DNA of 64,000 nt, taken from assembly GCF_009914755.1 (NCBI RefSeq), contig NC_060947.1; one strand, written 5' to 3'. The translations under genes were made by a program, and so were the position numbers. Of the stretch, positions 1 to 15,261 are shown one piece after another (position 1 is the stretch's first letter; each line of letters starts with the position of its first letter). This DNA is from the human T2T-CHM13v2.0 reference genome, Homo sapiens. The notes beneath the pieces are model-generated. The model was given only the letters and a program-made list of their open reading frames with translations. It was not told where the DNA came from and made no database searches.

Positions 1-335
1 TTATCTCGAGTCCCCTGAGACTGCAAGCTGAGCTATCAGAAATGCCGTTTTTATTTCCAATTCATCTATGTGAATTAGGAATATCTCTACACTGTGCAAC
101 CAAAATCTTACAGAAGAATAAGTTAGATGTGAAAGCTGAACATAAGAATACAACTGTCACATAGAAGCCCGTATTTTAAAGGATTGCATTCATCAAAACT
201 TTATTCATGTGCTTAAACAGGGTGGATTTGAACTTAAAAGATTCTAACATATGTTTAAATATTACAGCTCTATGTGAGATTCCATTTGATTTAAAAAAAA
301 AACCTACCGTTAAAAATAAAATTTAGAAACTACTG
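1..335 (+). mobile_element. hAT-Charlie DNA transposon 3' remnant
   Basis: Degenerate hAT dimerisation-domain sequence (tttccaattcatctatgtgaattagga...gcaaccaaa...aagttagatgtgaaagctga...agaatacaactgtc) ending in a TIR-like tttagaaactactg. Confidence 0.55.
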
Positions 336-2271
336 TCCTAAGTAAATTATGAGCTACTCACAAAGTATAATGGGGCAAAGTCAATTACAATAAATAAGTA
401 AACACTTGGCATCCCAATGACTAGCCTGTTCAAAAGAGATGCCTGGAAAGGATGTGCACCTATATTGCTATATTGATCCATCTCTTCAAGAAACTAGAAG
501 ACATGTTCATAAAGCTCTACACCATTGTTAAGGCTCTTAAGCCTCACAGCACTCTTGTTACAGGTATTATCCATATTCAGGAACCATGACGCTCCTCTCT
601 CTGCCCGCTGCAATTGAAATTGACTCTATTCTCCTCTTACCATATCTATAGACACTGTCCTTTAAAACAGTAAATGGCTCAAAAGAATATAAGGTACAGA
701 TTGCGTGAACTTTCAGTTCTACAAAAGGGTGGTTAAATACTCAGTAGACTGGAAAGAATGCGGACCGAAATGCTTTATATCTGAGAATTGACCGATCGCT
801 CTGCTTTCCTCAGAGTCCTTTAATCTACCCCACTAAAATCAAACTCTTCTCACCTCACTCTAAGATCAGGCAATTTTGGTGTAACTCATTTCAGTAGTGT
901 AACTTCTCAACAGAGGCATTCTTTTTGCCAATCCTGTTCCCTGGGCACTTAACCTGGTCCACTGGCAGTCTATTTGAATGGTCCTTAGGCTTCTTTATTC
1001 CTGTCCCTGACCAGCTTGATTGATCTGTCTCTCAATTTCTGCCCTGTTTTCTGCTCTGGCTCCTGCCCTCTTCAGTCTATCTTCCTTTTTTTCATCTCCT
1101 GGGCTCTCTCAACATTGGCCCTAGCCCAGGTCCTCATGTTCTTATCTCTTGCTTATCAACTCCAGCCTTCCTAGGGTGCCTTGAACAATCTACTCTCCAA
1201 TGATCACATCTGCCTCAGTCAACACCATTTTTGGTTGAAAACAGTAACAAAAAACTGATATCCAATTCTTCTTTGTGATTCCATCTTTTATAAAAACTGT
1301 AAAGTAAAAGGTGAAGTGCAGATACTTTTTTTAAACAGTAAGTCAGACTGCCTGTTTTCTTGATCCTGAAAACATATACCAATAAAGCTGGCAAAGACAG
1401 GAATAAAAAATAATACAGTTAACAAAGTCAAATAAATTTCTCTGAGCCCGGGGCCCTTCAAACATATGTTATCTTACTGTCGGCTTGCACAGCCAGGTGC
1501 CTCCACTCTCTGCTTCCTGTCAACTGCATTCTGCCTGTTTTTGTGAATTTCCCAAGTTCCTTTCCCCACCTTATTTATATTTCTAACAGCCTTATTATCA
1601 TTTAAATTACATCCAAAAGCAACTGACTGTGTTTCATCTGAAGCACAGATGGAAAAAGAGAGTGGGCAGGTTCTGGGGCAAATCCCATTGGGTGCTTCCC
1701 TGCCTTTCTCCCCCTCAGATACATTTATCCAAATGAAATCACATTAAGGCAAATATCAAAGGCATTATTGAGAGGCATGGCAGACAAAAACTTGCAGCCT
1801 AAAGGGCTTTTATAAAAGTAGGAAAGGAAAATGCTTTGAGCAGGGGGTGGTGTTTTAGGGTGAAGGTTTCAGGTGCAGATAGTCTCTATATAAGCCTTGA
1901 CTAAGGAGTTCTAATTATTTTCCCCATCATCCTGCAGACCACTGACTTCTCAAGAGGCACTCCAGTGCCCCACCCCCTTAGAAGAAAAGTAATCTGTAAC
2001 TGGGATAACTGGTGAAGTAACAGCCACCCAAAATTATGGCTCATCCAGCTAAGCAAATAGCAAAATAATAATGTAGATTCATGTATGTTGATGTAAAAAG
2101 ATTTTCAGAAAATATTTCAAACAGAAAAAGGGAAGAGGTCTACATCTATAGATCGATAGATAGATATAATTTGTGCTTTAAAAACTCCAAGACTATATAC
2201 AGTTTGTGAATGTAACGGCATTAAAAAGGAAGTGAAGACAAGGCTTGCAGAAAACACACTATTGACACCAC

Positions 2272-2641
2272 TTTATTAAACCATTTTTTTGTTGCTATAA
2301 CATAATACCACAGACTGACTAATTTATAAAGAAAATAATCTTATTTAGCTCATGGTTTTGAAAGATGGGAAGCCCAAGAGCATGGTGCCAGCATTGGTTG
2401 AGGGCCTTCTTTCCACATCATCACATGTAGGAGGGCATCACGTAGTGAGAGGGCAAGAGAGATAGAGAAAGCTTACTTTTATGACAAAGCCACTCCTGTG
2501 ATAAGAAACCCACTCCTACAATAGTGGCACTAGTCCATTCATGAGGGCAGATACATAATTAATCCATTAATTTATTCATGGGGGCAGGGGGATTGAGTTT
2601 CCAACACATGAACTTTTAGAGGACACATTCAAACCACAGCA
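2272..2641 (-). mobile_element. MaLR solo LTR (MSTC/MSTD/MLT1A-like)
   Basis: gttgctataacataataccacagactg...atccattcatgagggcag...ggacacattcaaaccacagca are MaLR LTR hallmarks in reverse orientation. Confidence 0.8.
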
Positions 2642-2859
2642 CTGCTTTGAAAAAGGAAATTGATGGATGTTGAGTGGAATTTTTATGTCTCATTTTGTAT
2701 ACTTTAGAAAATTTTAATAGTGAGTAAGGATTATTTTTGTAACATACACAAGAAGAAAAAGGAAGATGGTGATTTCAGGCTTGGAGATGATACCAGTGTG
2801 ATCTTGATAAGCCTTGCCCTCCAATTCACCATTCTTCTCACACAACAACACAAATTAAG

Positions 2860-3242
2860 TGCAGCCATAAAATATGATGAGTTCATGTCCTTTGTAGGGA
2901 CATGGAGGAAGCTGGAAACCATCATTCTCAGCAAACTATCGCAAGGACAAAAAACCAAACACTGCATGTTCTCACTCATAGGTCGGAATTGAACAATGAG
3001 AACACTTGGACACAGGAAGGGGAACATCATACACCGGGGCCTGTTGTGGGGTGGGGGAAGGGGGCAGGGATAGCATTAGGAAATATACCTAATGTAAATG
3101 ACGAGTTAATGGGTGCAGCACACCAACATGGCACATGTATACATATGTAACAAACCTGCGCGTTGTGCACATGTACTCTAGAACTTAAAGTATAATTAAA
3201 AAATATAAAAAAATAAAAAATAATAATAAAATAAAATAAAAA
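2860..3242 (+). mobile_element. 5'-truncated young L1PA (PA3-PA5-like) 3' end
   Basis: ORF2 C-terminus (AAIKYDEFMSFVGTWRKLETIILSKLSQGQKTKH), G-rich 3'UTR, A-rich tail at 3196-3242. Confidence 0.95.
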
Positions 3243-3982
3243 GTAGCTCAGGCTGCAGATAGCCAATTCAATTTCCTAAAGAGTCCATGCTCCTCTAGGT
3301 TCTCACACACGTTTGTCTTTTAGCCTAGGATACCCTCTTTCTCCTCTTTTTTTCCATTTTCATGTGGTTAATTTCTGTCTTGCTGTTTGTGCTTAGATGT
3401 CACTTCCTCCAGAAAAATGCTCCCATGTTCTGTATTTCTCCATTTCTCCACCAATTCTGACTGCAAGGCAGGGCTACATCAAGGATCAGGAAAAGTAGGT
3501 CATTGGTTGGCTCAGTTAAATGCCCAATGAAAAGGAAAAATGACAAGTTTAAGAAACTATCACAGAAGAGATACACTTTTAAGGTGAGTTTCCCACAAAC
3601 ACCTGATTTTAAAAGATGCATAGTATGCTCCCAGAGAACCTGGACTTCTGCTAGCACAGCAGCTACCATTCGACATCGTAATTGTCTGCTTGCTTGTCTG
3701 TATCCCTCAACAAAATCTAAATGCTATAGAACCCTAAGGGAAAACAGCTTGTCCAACTTATTCTTCACTTTAACTCAGAACTAGCAGAGTAGATACTAAA
3801 TATTTATGCATGGGCTACATGTATAAGTTACAAAGGTCAGTGGCTTACTCAAAATAAGTGATCTTATAGATATGAAAATGTTACATCCTTGACACTGGGG
3901 ACTGTAGATTCTCCTAATTATTGGACTGAAAACCAAGAGGAACCAAGAACTGGGGACCAAACACAGTTTTTAATGGGTATAT

Positions 3983-4183
3983 TGTATTAGTCAGGATTCT
4001 TTAGAGAAACAAAACCAGTATATATATGTGTGTGTATATATATATATCTATGTATAGATATATATACATATCTATATATGTACATATATACATACATAGA
4101 TATATATACATATATACATATACATATATACATACATATATAATCTATATATACATATACATATATGTGTATATATATCTCTA

Positions 4184-4215
<32 letters not shown>

Positions 4216-4630
4216 GAGCGAGAGAGAGAGAGATTTACTGTAAAGTTATGGAGACTTAGAAGTCCCCATGATCTGCTGTCTGAAAGCTGGACACCCCAAA
4301 CAGCCACTGGCATAGCTCAAAGGCCAAAGAGCCAATGGGGTAGATCCCAGTTTGGGTCTGAAGCCCTGAGAACCAGAAACACTGAGGGCAGGAGAAGATC
4401 AATGACCCAGCTCAACAGTCAGGCAGTTAATTTAATCTTCCTCTGTCTTTTTGCCCTCTTCAGGCCCTCAACAGATTGGATGATGCCCACCCAATCTGTT
4501 TCAGTCATTCCACCAATTCAAATGCATATCTCTTTCAGAAACACCCTCGAAGACATACCCAGAAACAATTTTTAACGAGCTATTTGGGCATCCCATGGTC
4601 CAGTCTTGTTGATGCATTAAATTAATCACA
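3983..4630 (-). mobile_element. MLT2B-like ERVL solo LTR with internal (TA/TG/GA)n tract
   Basis: tgtattagtcaggattctttagagaaac...aggccctcaacagattggatgatgcccac...attaatcaca; TG...CA termini. Confidence 0.85.
4019..4232. repeat. Compound (TA)/(TG)/(GA) microsatellite
   Basis: Seen directly. Confidence 0.95.
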
Positions 4631-4685
4631 GTGGGAAAAATTTAAAGTGGCCTCTCTCTGATAAGATTATTCTCTTGACATAAGG

Positions 4686-4889
4686 CAGGGTTTCTCAACC
4701 TCAACAGTACTGACACTTTGGGTTGAATAATTATTTGTTGTAAAGGACTGTCTTTTGCATTTGTAGGATATTTAGCAGCATTCATGGCCTTTACCCACTT
4801 GATGGCAGTAACACAACTCCCCAAGTTGTGGCAACTAAAACTGTATACAAACTTTGCCAAATATTGCCTGGGAGGCAAAATCACTGACA
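4686..4889. mobile_element. MER20 (hAT-Charlie MITE)
   Basis: cagggtttctcaacctcaacagtactgacactttggg...taggatatttagcagcat...gccaaatattgcctgggaggcaaaatcac. Confidence 0.85.
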
Positions 4890-6184
4890 CAGGGTTTTCA
4901 TGGATGTAATAGAGCAGTTTCACGTAAATGACACAAGATTTTCATGCTCACATGCACTCCCCTATTGACACATGATTTAGACCTTACAAGCAAAAGTGTT
5001 CCAATTGTGTAATTATGCTTACTGGGTAGATAGGGGCTTAGACCAATAGTCTTAACTAGGTGACACGAAGTTTAATGTATAGTCAACCTTTACTAAGCAT
5101 TCACAGGTTTGAAATTCAGTTCTAATTATTCTCAAGTAGTTCTGAAGATTCATGGCACATAGTCAATTTGTCAGTGTACTGAAGCATGAAATTGTACCAT
5201 GTACTCTTTTTAGCTGGTGTGTCGAGGTGAGTTACTTAGCTAGTGCATGAACCCAGCTGATCACCCACCACAGATATCATTTCCTTTAAGTGCCTGCATC
5301 TTAACATGGCTTTGTTGTTCTCTGTTGGGAATGTGTAACATAGTAATTTTTAGGAATTGGGGTATGGGTGGAAGAGATAATTTCCTTGTAAAAAGGCTGT
5401 ACAAAGAATGCCAATTTGCAAGTAATGGTAATGTAAGTGGAATGGTCTAAGGATGTGGTATTATTGGTAGAATTTATCTTAAGAGCTTTACGAATTATTT
5501 AGATGCATTTATTGGATTGTTATGACCCAAAGGGTTCCCATACATTTTTCAGTCATACTTCACTACATTTTATAATGAAATTATATGTTATAATTGTATT
5601 CATGAATTTGGGAATCTGCAAAGATCTCAAGACATAACCCTCAAGAATGTTGAGGATCTACTAAATTTTAGAGGTCTCAGATGTGCCCCTTACTCTCCAT
5701 TTCCAAAATTATAGGCTTAACCCAAATTGTAACCAGCTGGATAACTGCTTGTCTCCTTAATTACCACCAAGCCTTCTTCTCCATGGTAGTAAGAAAATAT
5801 GTTCCCTATGGGATGTTCAGATTATGTAACTCCGCTATTCTCAAACCTATAGTATACCACCCCTACAGCATGTCAAATGCAAATAATACTCTTGATTGTG
5901 AGTGAACTTTTAGGCTCTGCACCAAATTCCTGCACTCTATGACTTATCATTGCTCATTTTTCTGAACATTCTTAGTTCTTCACTGTGGCTTCCCTTTCCT
6001 AAACCTAGGTTCTTTCCTGGTACCTCCACATTATCATTTAGGTCTGGAGAAGCCCAGTTAAAGAGACCTCTGTACTTCCTTTCTGCCATATCATATCTTT
6101 TCTTGCCTTGCACACATATTCTAGTAAAGACTCACTACCATGAAAATGCCCCTTTATGCTGGGTGGTTAAGTTAAAATAACATG

Positions 6185-6335
6185 GCAGGTGGAATCAAAC
6201 AGACATGGATTTGAATCCGTCTCTATTAGTTACTAGCTGTGTGAGACTGATCAAGCTATTTCATTGGTTTCTAAGATCCTCTGACCCTCATTTCTAAATA
6301 GGGATAATATGTCATTCTGCTGTTGTGAGACTTAT
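6185..6335 (+). mobile_element. MIR SINE
   Basis: acagacatggatttgaatcc...tactagctgtgtga...aaatagggataat core. Confidence 0.7.
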
Positions 6336-6363
6336 ATTTGAATTTTTCACCTGAATGCCCCTA

Positions 6364-6365
<2 letters not shown>

Positions 6366-6397
<32 letters not shown>
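6366..6397. repeat. (CA)n microsatellite
   Basis: Seen directly. Confidence 0.95.
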
Positions 6398-6400
<3 letters not shown>

Positions 6401-6419
6401 TTGCCACCTCAAAGTACCT

Positions 6420-6900
6420 TCACTTGCCATTTTCCCCACCATCCTTATTTCAGTCAATGTACCCTATAGCTCATTCCAGAAACCTCCACTGCAAAGTCCT
6501 ATCAATTCCATGACTTATTATCCCTTCTATATATCCCCATGCCTCCATCCACACAATTACCATTCATATCTTGACTAGACTACTACATTCGCCTCCTAAC
6601 TATTCTTCCCACTTTTATTCCCTATATGCTCCATTGATTCTCCTCAAAGCTTTCAAATTGATCCTTTTTAAAAGATTAATCAGATTGCATCTGTTACCTG
6701 CTTAACCCTTCCAAGGGCTTCCACTTGAATTCAAGATATAAACCAGATCCTATATAATGGCCTTCAAGGTCCTATAAAATTTGGCCCCAGACTACCTCTC
6801 TGGCCTCATTTCCTACCACTTCTTTCAATCTCGACCACCAATTCCCCATTCCTTGATTATAACTGGTCTCTCTGCTTCCATTCTTATCTACCTTAACACA
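6420..6900. mobile_element. L2 LINE remnant
   Basis: cttgactagactactacattcgcctcctaact...cctgcttaacccttcc...ggccttcaaggtcctataaaatttggcccc is L2 3'-like. Confidence 0.65.
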
Positions 6901-7559
6901 GATGTTTTATCAACATATTAGCCTAGTCATCACAAAGTGTTAAAATGCAAGATTGCTATAATTGCCTAGTTATTTAACTACAGCACTTTAAAAAATCTAT
7001 ATTTCCACAGACTATTATAAATACTTCAAAACCATTTCTAAAGCAAGAGATTATCTGAAGACTTTGGAAATATAATTATTTTCTGTTATTGTTTATAATT
7101 ACCGTCTTTTAAACTGTTTCTAATATGTTAATATGAATTTTCAGCACATTTTCCAGTACAAATGAGTTTTTCAAAGAAAATTCTTACTCATATCATCATA
7201 ACTTCATTTTTATATGTTTAAAGTTACATCGAAAGATCCTCCTGCCTTTCTTTTTCTCACCTTAGCATAAACCTTGGAAAGACAGAGCTCTCAGTAGCAC
7301 TGGGGAATCTTGGATTAATGAACTGTTTTAATCCTTTTCCCTAGCCTATCTGCCTCTTCTTGATGCCATAGAGAAGATAGTGAATCATTTCTGCCTAAAT
7401 CTTGCCTTGCTAATATAACGTTTTTACCTTAGTCTTAACCTCCTAGATATATTTTCCAATGTCTGCTGAGTTACACATCTGTCCCTGTGTCTCCATGTAC
7501 TATCATATTAAGCTTTGAGTAGGACATACTAGAGAAAGAAGATACTACCATCACTATCA

Positions 7560-8030
7560 GCACCGGGAGTATGTACTGAGTATCATACTAGGTACTTTAC
7601 ATATACTACCTATAATCTTCACAACTGCAGTATAAGCATAGGAACTATATTATTATTATCATCACATAGTTGCAGAGACAAAGAGTCAGAACAATTAAGC
7701 AACTTATCTAAGATCAGAGCTCTTGAAAAAAAAGCAAAATTTTAACTTAGCACCGTCTTTGGCTAGCACTATATACCAACAAATATCCAAGACAGGTAAT
7801 ATAGCATGGAGTTGAACAGCACTGGTTCTAGAGCCAGACTGCCTGTGTTTAATTCCAGACTATCAATTACTGACTGCGTAATCTTGGGCAAGTTAACCTT
7901 TCTGGGCTTCAGGGCCCTCATCTGTAAAATGTGGATTATAACAGTGCCTATGTCTCATTGAGTTCTTGTGATGATTAAAAGACTTAATACACATGCCAGG
8001 TGCATGGTAAGGGAGAAATGGTAAGTTGTA
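7560..8030. mobile_element. Two adjacent MIR fragments in opposite orientation
   Basis: aattaagcaacttatctaagatcag; ctagagccagactgcctgtgtttaattcc...atcttgggcaagttaacc...cctcatctgtaaaatgtggattataacag. Confidence 0.75.
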
Positions 8031-9004
8031 TTAAGTGAATTTCAATGAGCATGATGGTATCTAATCATTCACTGGTTAGATGACAAAGAGAAAATTAACC
8101 TCGCCAGATTAAGACAACATTACATGTCTGTATTTGGAGAAAGAAAGTTCAAATCTTGACTGGAAAATGAGAGTTGATGTTTCCATACTCCTAGACAAAC
8201 ACTGGACATTTTTCTAGGTCTTAAAATATTTCCCCAGACAATATACTGCTTCCTCTTTCAAATGTATATCATCAGAACCTCCTTTTAAATGGCCTTTTTC
8301 AAATTTGCTAACTTAATGACTATGCAGTCTGCCCTCCACTGTTCAGGAAGATATTGGCAACCACACCGATTCAATGGCTCTTTATGACTAAGGACGCATA
8401 TTGGACTCCTAACTTCAGAAAATCTACTTGTGGTATCTTCTCAGTTTTTCCCATGTGAGGGAACATCATCTTGTAAGAAGTTTTTGAATCACTGTTCTCA
8501 GGGAGATCTCTGGGTGCTCTTAAATATTCCTGGGGCCTTCTTAAGTCCAGAAATAGGACTCCAGCTGATAACACTCAAGTGCTCACCTCATTTTAAATCA
8601 CTGAATCACACTAAGGTTTTTGTGGGTTGTAAATGGTAAAGAAACAGGTGTCAACATTTCTAATACTCTCTGTTATTTAAATAATTCAAGAAGAACAGTA
8701 AAATAATATGTTCCTAGTAGCTCAGTAACCCTAAATTATGTTCCTGGAAATACTCTAGACAGTGAACATGTGGCTTATCTACAATATATCTCAAGATTTG
8801 GAACATGTAAAATATTTAATATGCTTTTCTTATTCCTTTGTTAAATTCAAAATAATAGCCTCACTTCACAGTGTCAAAAGCTGAAGGTCAATGAGGTCAT
8901 GATTGGTTTGAATACTAAGGTACGTATTATTATATGTATGTATTATACTATGAATACAAAGGTATGTATTATTACTAAATATTATGTTAAATATGGTACC
9001 CAAA

Positions 9005-9547
9005 GTTATTATTATTATTGCTGCATAACAAATCACCCCAAAATGTAATGGTTTTAAAAAAACATTTATTCCTCCTGTGGTTTCTGCGGGTCAGGGGTTT
9101 CTGAAAGGGCTCAGCTGAATAGTTCTGACTGGTTCAGAGTCTCAGATGTGATTGTGGTCAGATGGTGATTAGAGCTGGAATTGCAGGGGTTCTGGCTGAA
9201 GCAGTAGGGTGCAAGCCAGGTATTTTTTCCACTACATGTAGTCTCCACATGGTATAATCTGGGCATCCTCATGGCACTGCATGGTGGCCTTGAGACACTT
9301 GTTTATGTGGTAGCTCAGGGCTACAAGCAGGTATCCAAAAGAACCAGACATTATATCACTTTTTATGAACTAGTCTCAGAAGTTACATTGCATCATGCCT
9401 GCTATAGTCACAAGCCCATCCAAATTTAAGGGAAGGCAACAAAGAGCCCACTTCTCCATGGGAAAAGTGTCCACATTACTTTGTAAGAAGATTGTGTGGG
9501 ATGGGAGATACTGTTGCAATCATCTTTAGAAAATACAATCTGTCACA
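9005..9547 (-). mobile_element. Old MaLR LTR (MLT1G/H-like)
   Basis: attgctgcataacaaatcaccccaaaa...gggtcagg...catctttagaaaatacaatctgtcaca. Confidence 0.75.
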
Positions 9548-10774
9548 CTTGGCATTTATACTTTATATATTTTTTATTTATGTATCATATTTAAACAAGC
9601 TGGTTTTTGATGTTTTGATAAGTTGTTTGCTTTCACACAAAAGACATAATTGAGTGGGTAGACATGCTTTCCTACATCCACTCAGAACTATAGAAAAACC
9701 TACTGACACCAGGAAGGCATGGCTAAAGAACCACTATAAACAATTTTCCAAACCTCTTTGATTGTGGAGACTTTTTTACATGGCACTGATAGCAACATTT
9801 TCTGAAACAGTATTATGTGAGATATAGTTTGAAAGATTCTGTCATGATCCAACAGCAACAACTTTCTTCAAAGATTTACTATTTTCCAATTACAAATGCC
9901 CCATTTTAATATTATCAACATATCTGCTAACATACTTCTAGTCAAAAATTACAATGAGAAATGCTATTTCTTCTGTGTTCCAATTACGTGTAGATAGGTT
10001 GCTTTGTTATGTTGAAATTTATTGTTGGATGTTATCTGTCATTGATAAATGGACTTTCTAATTAAATTTCCTATCTTTAGTATTAAACATGATTTAGCGC
10101 ATTATATCAATTTGCATTTCCAGTGAAGAGGGAAAAAGTGAAAATTCATTGCTAAACATCTAGTAAGAAATTACCTTAGTGTGTACATGATTTATCTACT
10201 TCATTCTATGTCATAAATGATAGGCATATCCCCTGTGATCCAAAACCTTGGAAATTAATGTTTTATAATAACTTAACAGCATAGTATACAGATCACAACA
10301 TTTAAGAGAAAGCAAATAAATCTATCATTTACTATTTTAGGACTATTTTAGCTAGAGACTAATTTGAAATGTTTTAATTGATATCTTCAATGTATTTTTG
10401 TTCAATTAGAGTTTTAAATGAGAGCTTAGAGCAATGGTGACCTTTAAATATCCTATTCATTTTAAGACCGCAGTAGATGATTCTAAACTAATTAATTATA
10501 ACCATTATAAGTAAATGAGTTATTAGCATTCGTGAATTCTATAACAGCCAATTTGTTCCTGTTACCAAACTCTTGAAGTACCTATTTTATAATTTCTCAG
10601 AGATGTAACCATAGGAAGTAAGTGGTTGACAACATAAACCTTTATAATTAATGAGGGTAACTTTTCACCTTTTTGAATTATGTTGAAATGTACACAGAAT
10701 CCAGGTAATACACCTCAAGGACTACTGTTTTCTTCAAAGTTAAAATGTTGTCTTACAGCTCTCAACTTCCTAGG

Positions 10775-10925
10775 GTTCATTTATTCAAGAAACATTTGCA
10801 GAGTACTTGCTTTGTTCCAGGTATGTTAGATACACTGTTAGATACCATGAGGGATAAAAAAGGAATCAAACACTGTCCTTACCATCCAGAAGCTTAAAAC
10901 AAAGGAGGAGAGGTACAACATTTAT
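10775..10925. mobile_element. L2 3' terminus
   Basis: ttcatttattcaagaaacatttgcagagtacttgctttgttccagg...cactgtccttacc...agctta. Confidence 0.6.
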
Positions 10926-11289
10926 GCAGGTTAGCGCACTATCACGCTAAATATGTTTGTTAAGTGTCATAGAGAGAAAGAAACCAAGTTGTTTCCTTGT
11001 AAAAATCATTTTTGCACAACTAATAGCATGTAGTAATTTATTATATTTGCCACCTCTTACCCCACAAAAAGCTATGAACATGCAAATAAAATACCTTTGA
11101 TCTATAGTTCTTGCAATACAGGAAAATATATAAAATTGATTAAGGCTTTGATCAAGAAAGCTTATCAATTCTCCCCTTCATTTATAAATGGCCTAAAGAT
11201 GATAACTGCATCCCTCTTTCCCCTCAACCCCATGCATACTTCTTTCTTGGAATGTATCTATACTTACTTATTTACTTCTTTATTTATTT

Positions 11290-11520
11290 GTGTCTCTGTA
11301 TACATATATATTATATGCACATGTGTATAAATATGTATCTACTTATAAATATATATTTATATATACATATACAATGTAGATATATAAATATTCATATCTC
11401 AAGAAAGGAGTGTGATATATTTATATATTATTAATATAAGTAAATTTATTTAGCATACTAAATTATAAATAAATAGGTAGATAGATAGATAAATAGATAG
11501 AGATAGATATAGACATATCT
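11290..11520. repeat. TA-rich low-complexity and (TAGA)n tract
   Basis: Seen directly. Confidence 0.8.
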
Positions 11521-13219
11521 CCTAAGGGAAGAATGCGAGGGCTGTGTTTAAATACATATATACAATGGAAGGAAAGAAGAAAGGAAAACAGATAAAAAAG
11601 GAAGGGAGTAAGTCTAGCATCTTTCCAGAATCAGGGAATTGAATGACATGTAACAATAGAACCACAGAATTATTTCTCACTAACCACTACTGCTACCTAA
11701 AAGACATGATTCAATAATCTCCAAGATTTCATAGCAATCACATCATCTAATTGATTGTCAGTGTTATGGTTTTAATTATATTAACAATACTTATCCAAAT
11801 AAACAACTAGATATCCAAAGCACTGACTCAATTATGCTCTCTATTTCTGCCATGTAAGTATACTCATGGTGTTTCTTCTCTAAATTTATAGATCTCAGTC
11901 ATGAACTATAAAGCTTTTAGAGCATAGAGTCAATATATTGGTATAATAAACTTTGCTAGTTCTTCCATAGTATTGCAGAACAGGGTTAATTTATGTCAGG
12001 GACAAGAGATGTTCCTTATAGTTCTTGTATTGAATGTATACATTTTGAATTACTTTTTGCCTTGGCTTTCATTATAACACATGAGATATACTCCTTGGGG
12101 AAAAAATAAATAAAACCGAATAAAATAGAAGGGCTACAGAGGGGAATAAAGAACCACATTATATGACTTAAAACCATGTATTTAAGAAGAAAATGTTAAT
12201 ACTATTAAACTATGGTGCTTAAATTTATTCATAGCCCACAAAAACTTTAGAATTCCTAGAAGAATAAGACAAAGACCTCATAGCTTCATTAAATTCACTA
12301 GGAAAAAATACGCTCAACTCACACCAACCAACTCTTCCATCTCAAGTTCCTAGAGTTGAATGCATATGGCTTTTGAAGTCATGTTTCCTGGCCACTTTTG
12401 TGGATGCCACCAGCTTATTTCTAAATACAAACATGGGAGAGAATGGAGATGAGAACAGATGAACATGAAAGAGCCAAGGAATCAGAAGAATAGACAGTTG
12501 ATAAAAAGAAAACAATAATTCTTATAACACACAAGTGTTAAGTAAGTAATGGCAGGAGGCACAGGAGTGATGCTGGAGATTTAAAGAAACTTATAAAATA
12601 AAGAAAAAATTCTAAGGAGGTGGCCAAGATGGCTAACTAGAAGCAGTTAGTGTTCATGGCTCTCACAGATAGGAATGGAAGGCGTGAGTAAATGAAGAAC
12701 CTTCGAATGAAACATCCAGGAACTCACATTGGGACTAATCAAGGAAACAAATTGACCCACGGAGAACAGAGGAAAGCAAGGCAGGACAACAGCCCCCATC
12801 AGGAGCAACTTGGAGCCAAGGGAACCTCCCTCACTCAGGAAAATGGTGAGTGTATGTGTGACCCTGGGAATCCACACTACTCCTAGATATATTAGCAACC
12901 CTCAGGTTGTCAGGAGGTCCCCTCATGAACCCACTCCACCAGAGCCTTCAGTCTGTCACATAGAGCTACATGGAGTCTTGGCAGAGCAGCTTCTCAGGCA
13001 CACATGGAGACCCAGGAGCCTTAGATACTTCGGCTTTCCAGCAGAAGTAACTGCAGCTCTGGCATGCGGGAGGTAAGACCCCCATACATACCCCTAGGAA
13101 AGAGGCTAAATCAAGGAGGCTGAGCAGTGACAGTCTGCAGGCCCCACTTCCACCACACCTCACAGGATAGACCCACTGTCTTGGAATTCCAGCCAGCCGC
13201 CAGTAGCAGCATTGCATCT

Positions 13220-14935
<1,716 letters not shown>

Positions 14936-15261
14936 CCTTCACTGGTGATACCTCCAGGTACTGGAAAATCTGAGGTGAATGCAGACAGGAGCAGGCCCCC
15001 AGCATACTGCAGCAACCCTGTGGAAAAGCAGCCAGACTATTACATGCATGGCTATTCCCATATCTCCTCACTAGGCAGATACTCCGGGCCTGGGCCTCCT
15101 TCACTGGTGATACCTCCAGGTACTGGAAAATCTGAGGTGAATGCAGACAGGAGCGGGCCCCCAGCATACTGCAGCAACCCTGTGGAAAAGCAGCCAGACT
15201 ATTACATGCGTGGCTGTTCCCATATCTCCTCACTAGGCAGATACTCCGGGCCTGGGCCTCC
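14936..15261. repeat. Two-copy 162-bp tandem duplication
   Basis: 14936-15097 and 15098-15259 differ at 3 visible positions. Confidence 0.95.

Noticed and set aside
8371-8639. Short ORFs in unique sequence
   Set aside because: No recognisable homology or convincing splice-site pair; length expected by chance
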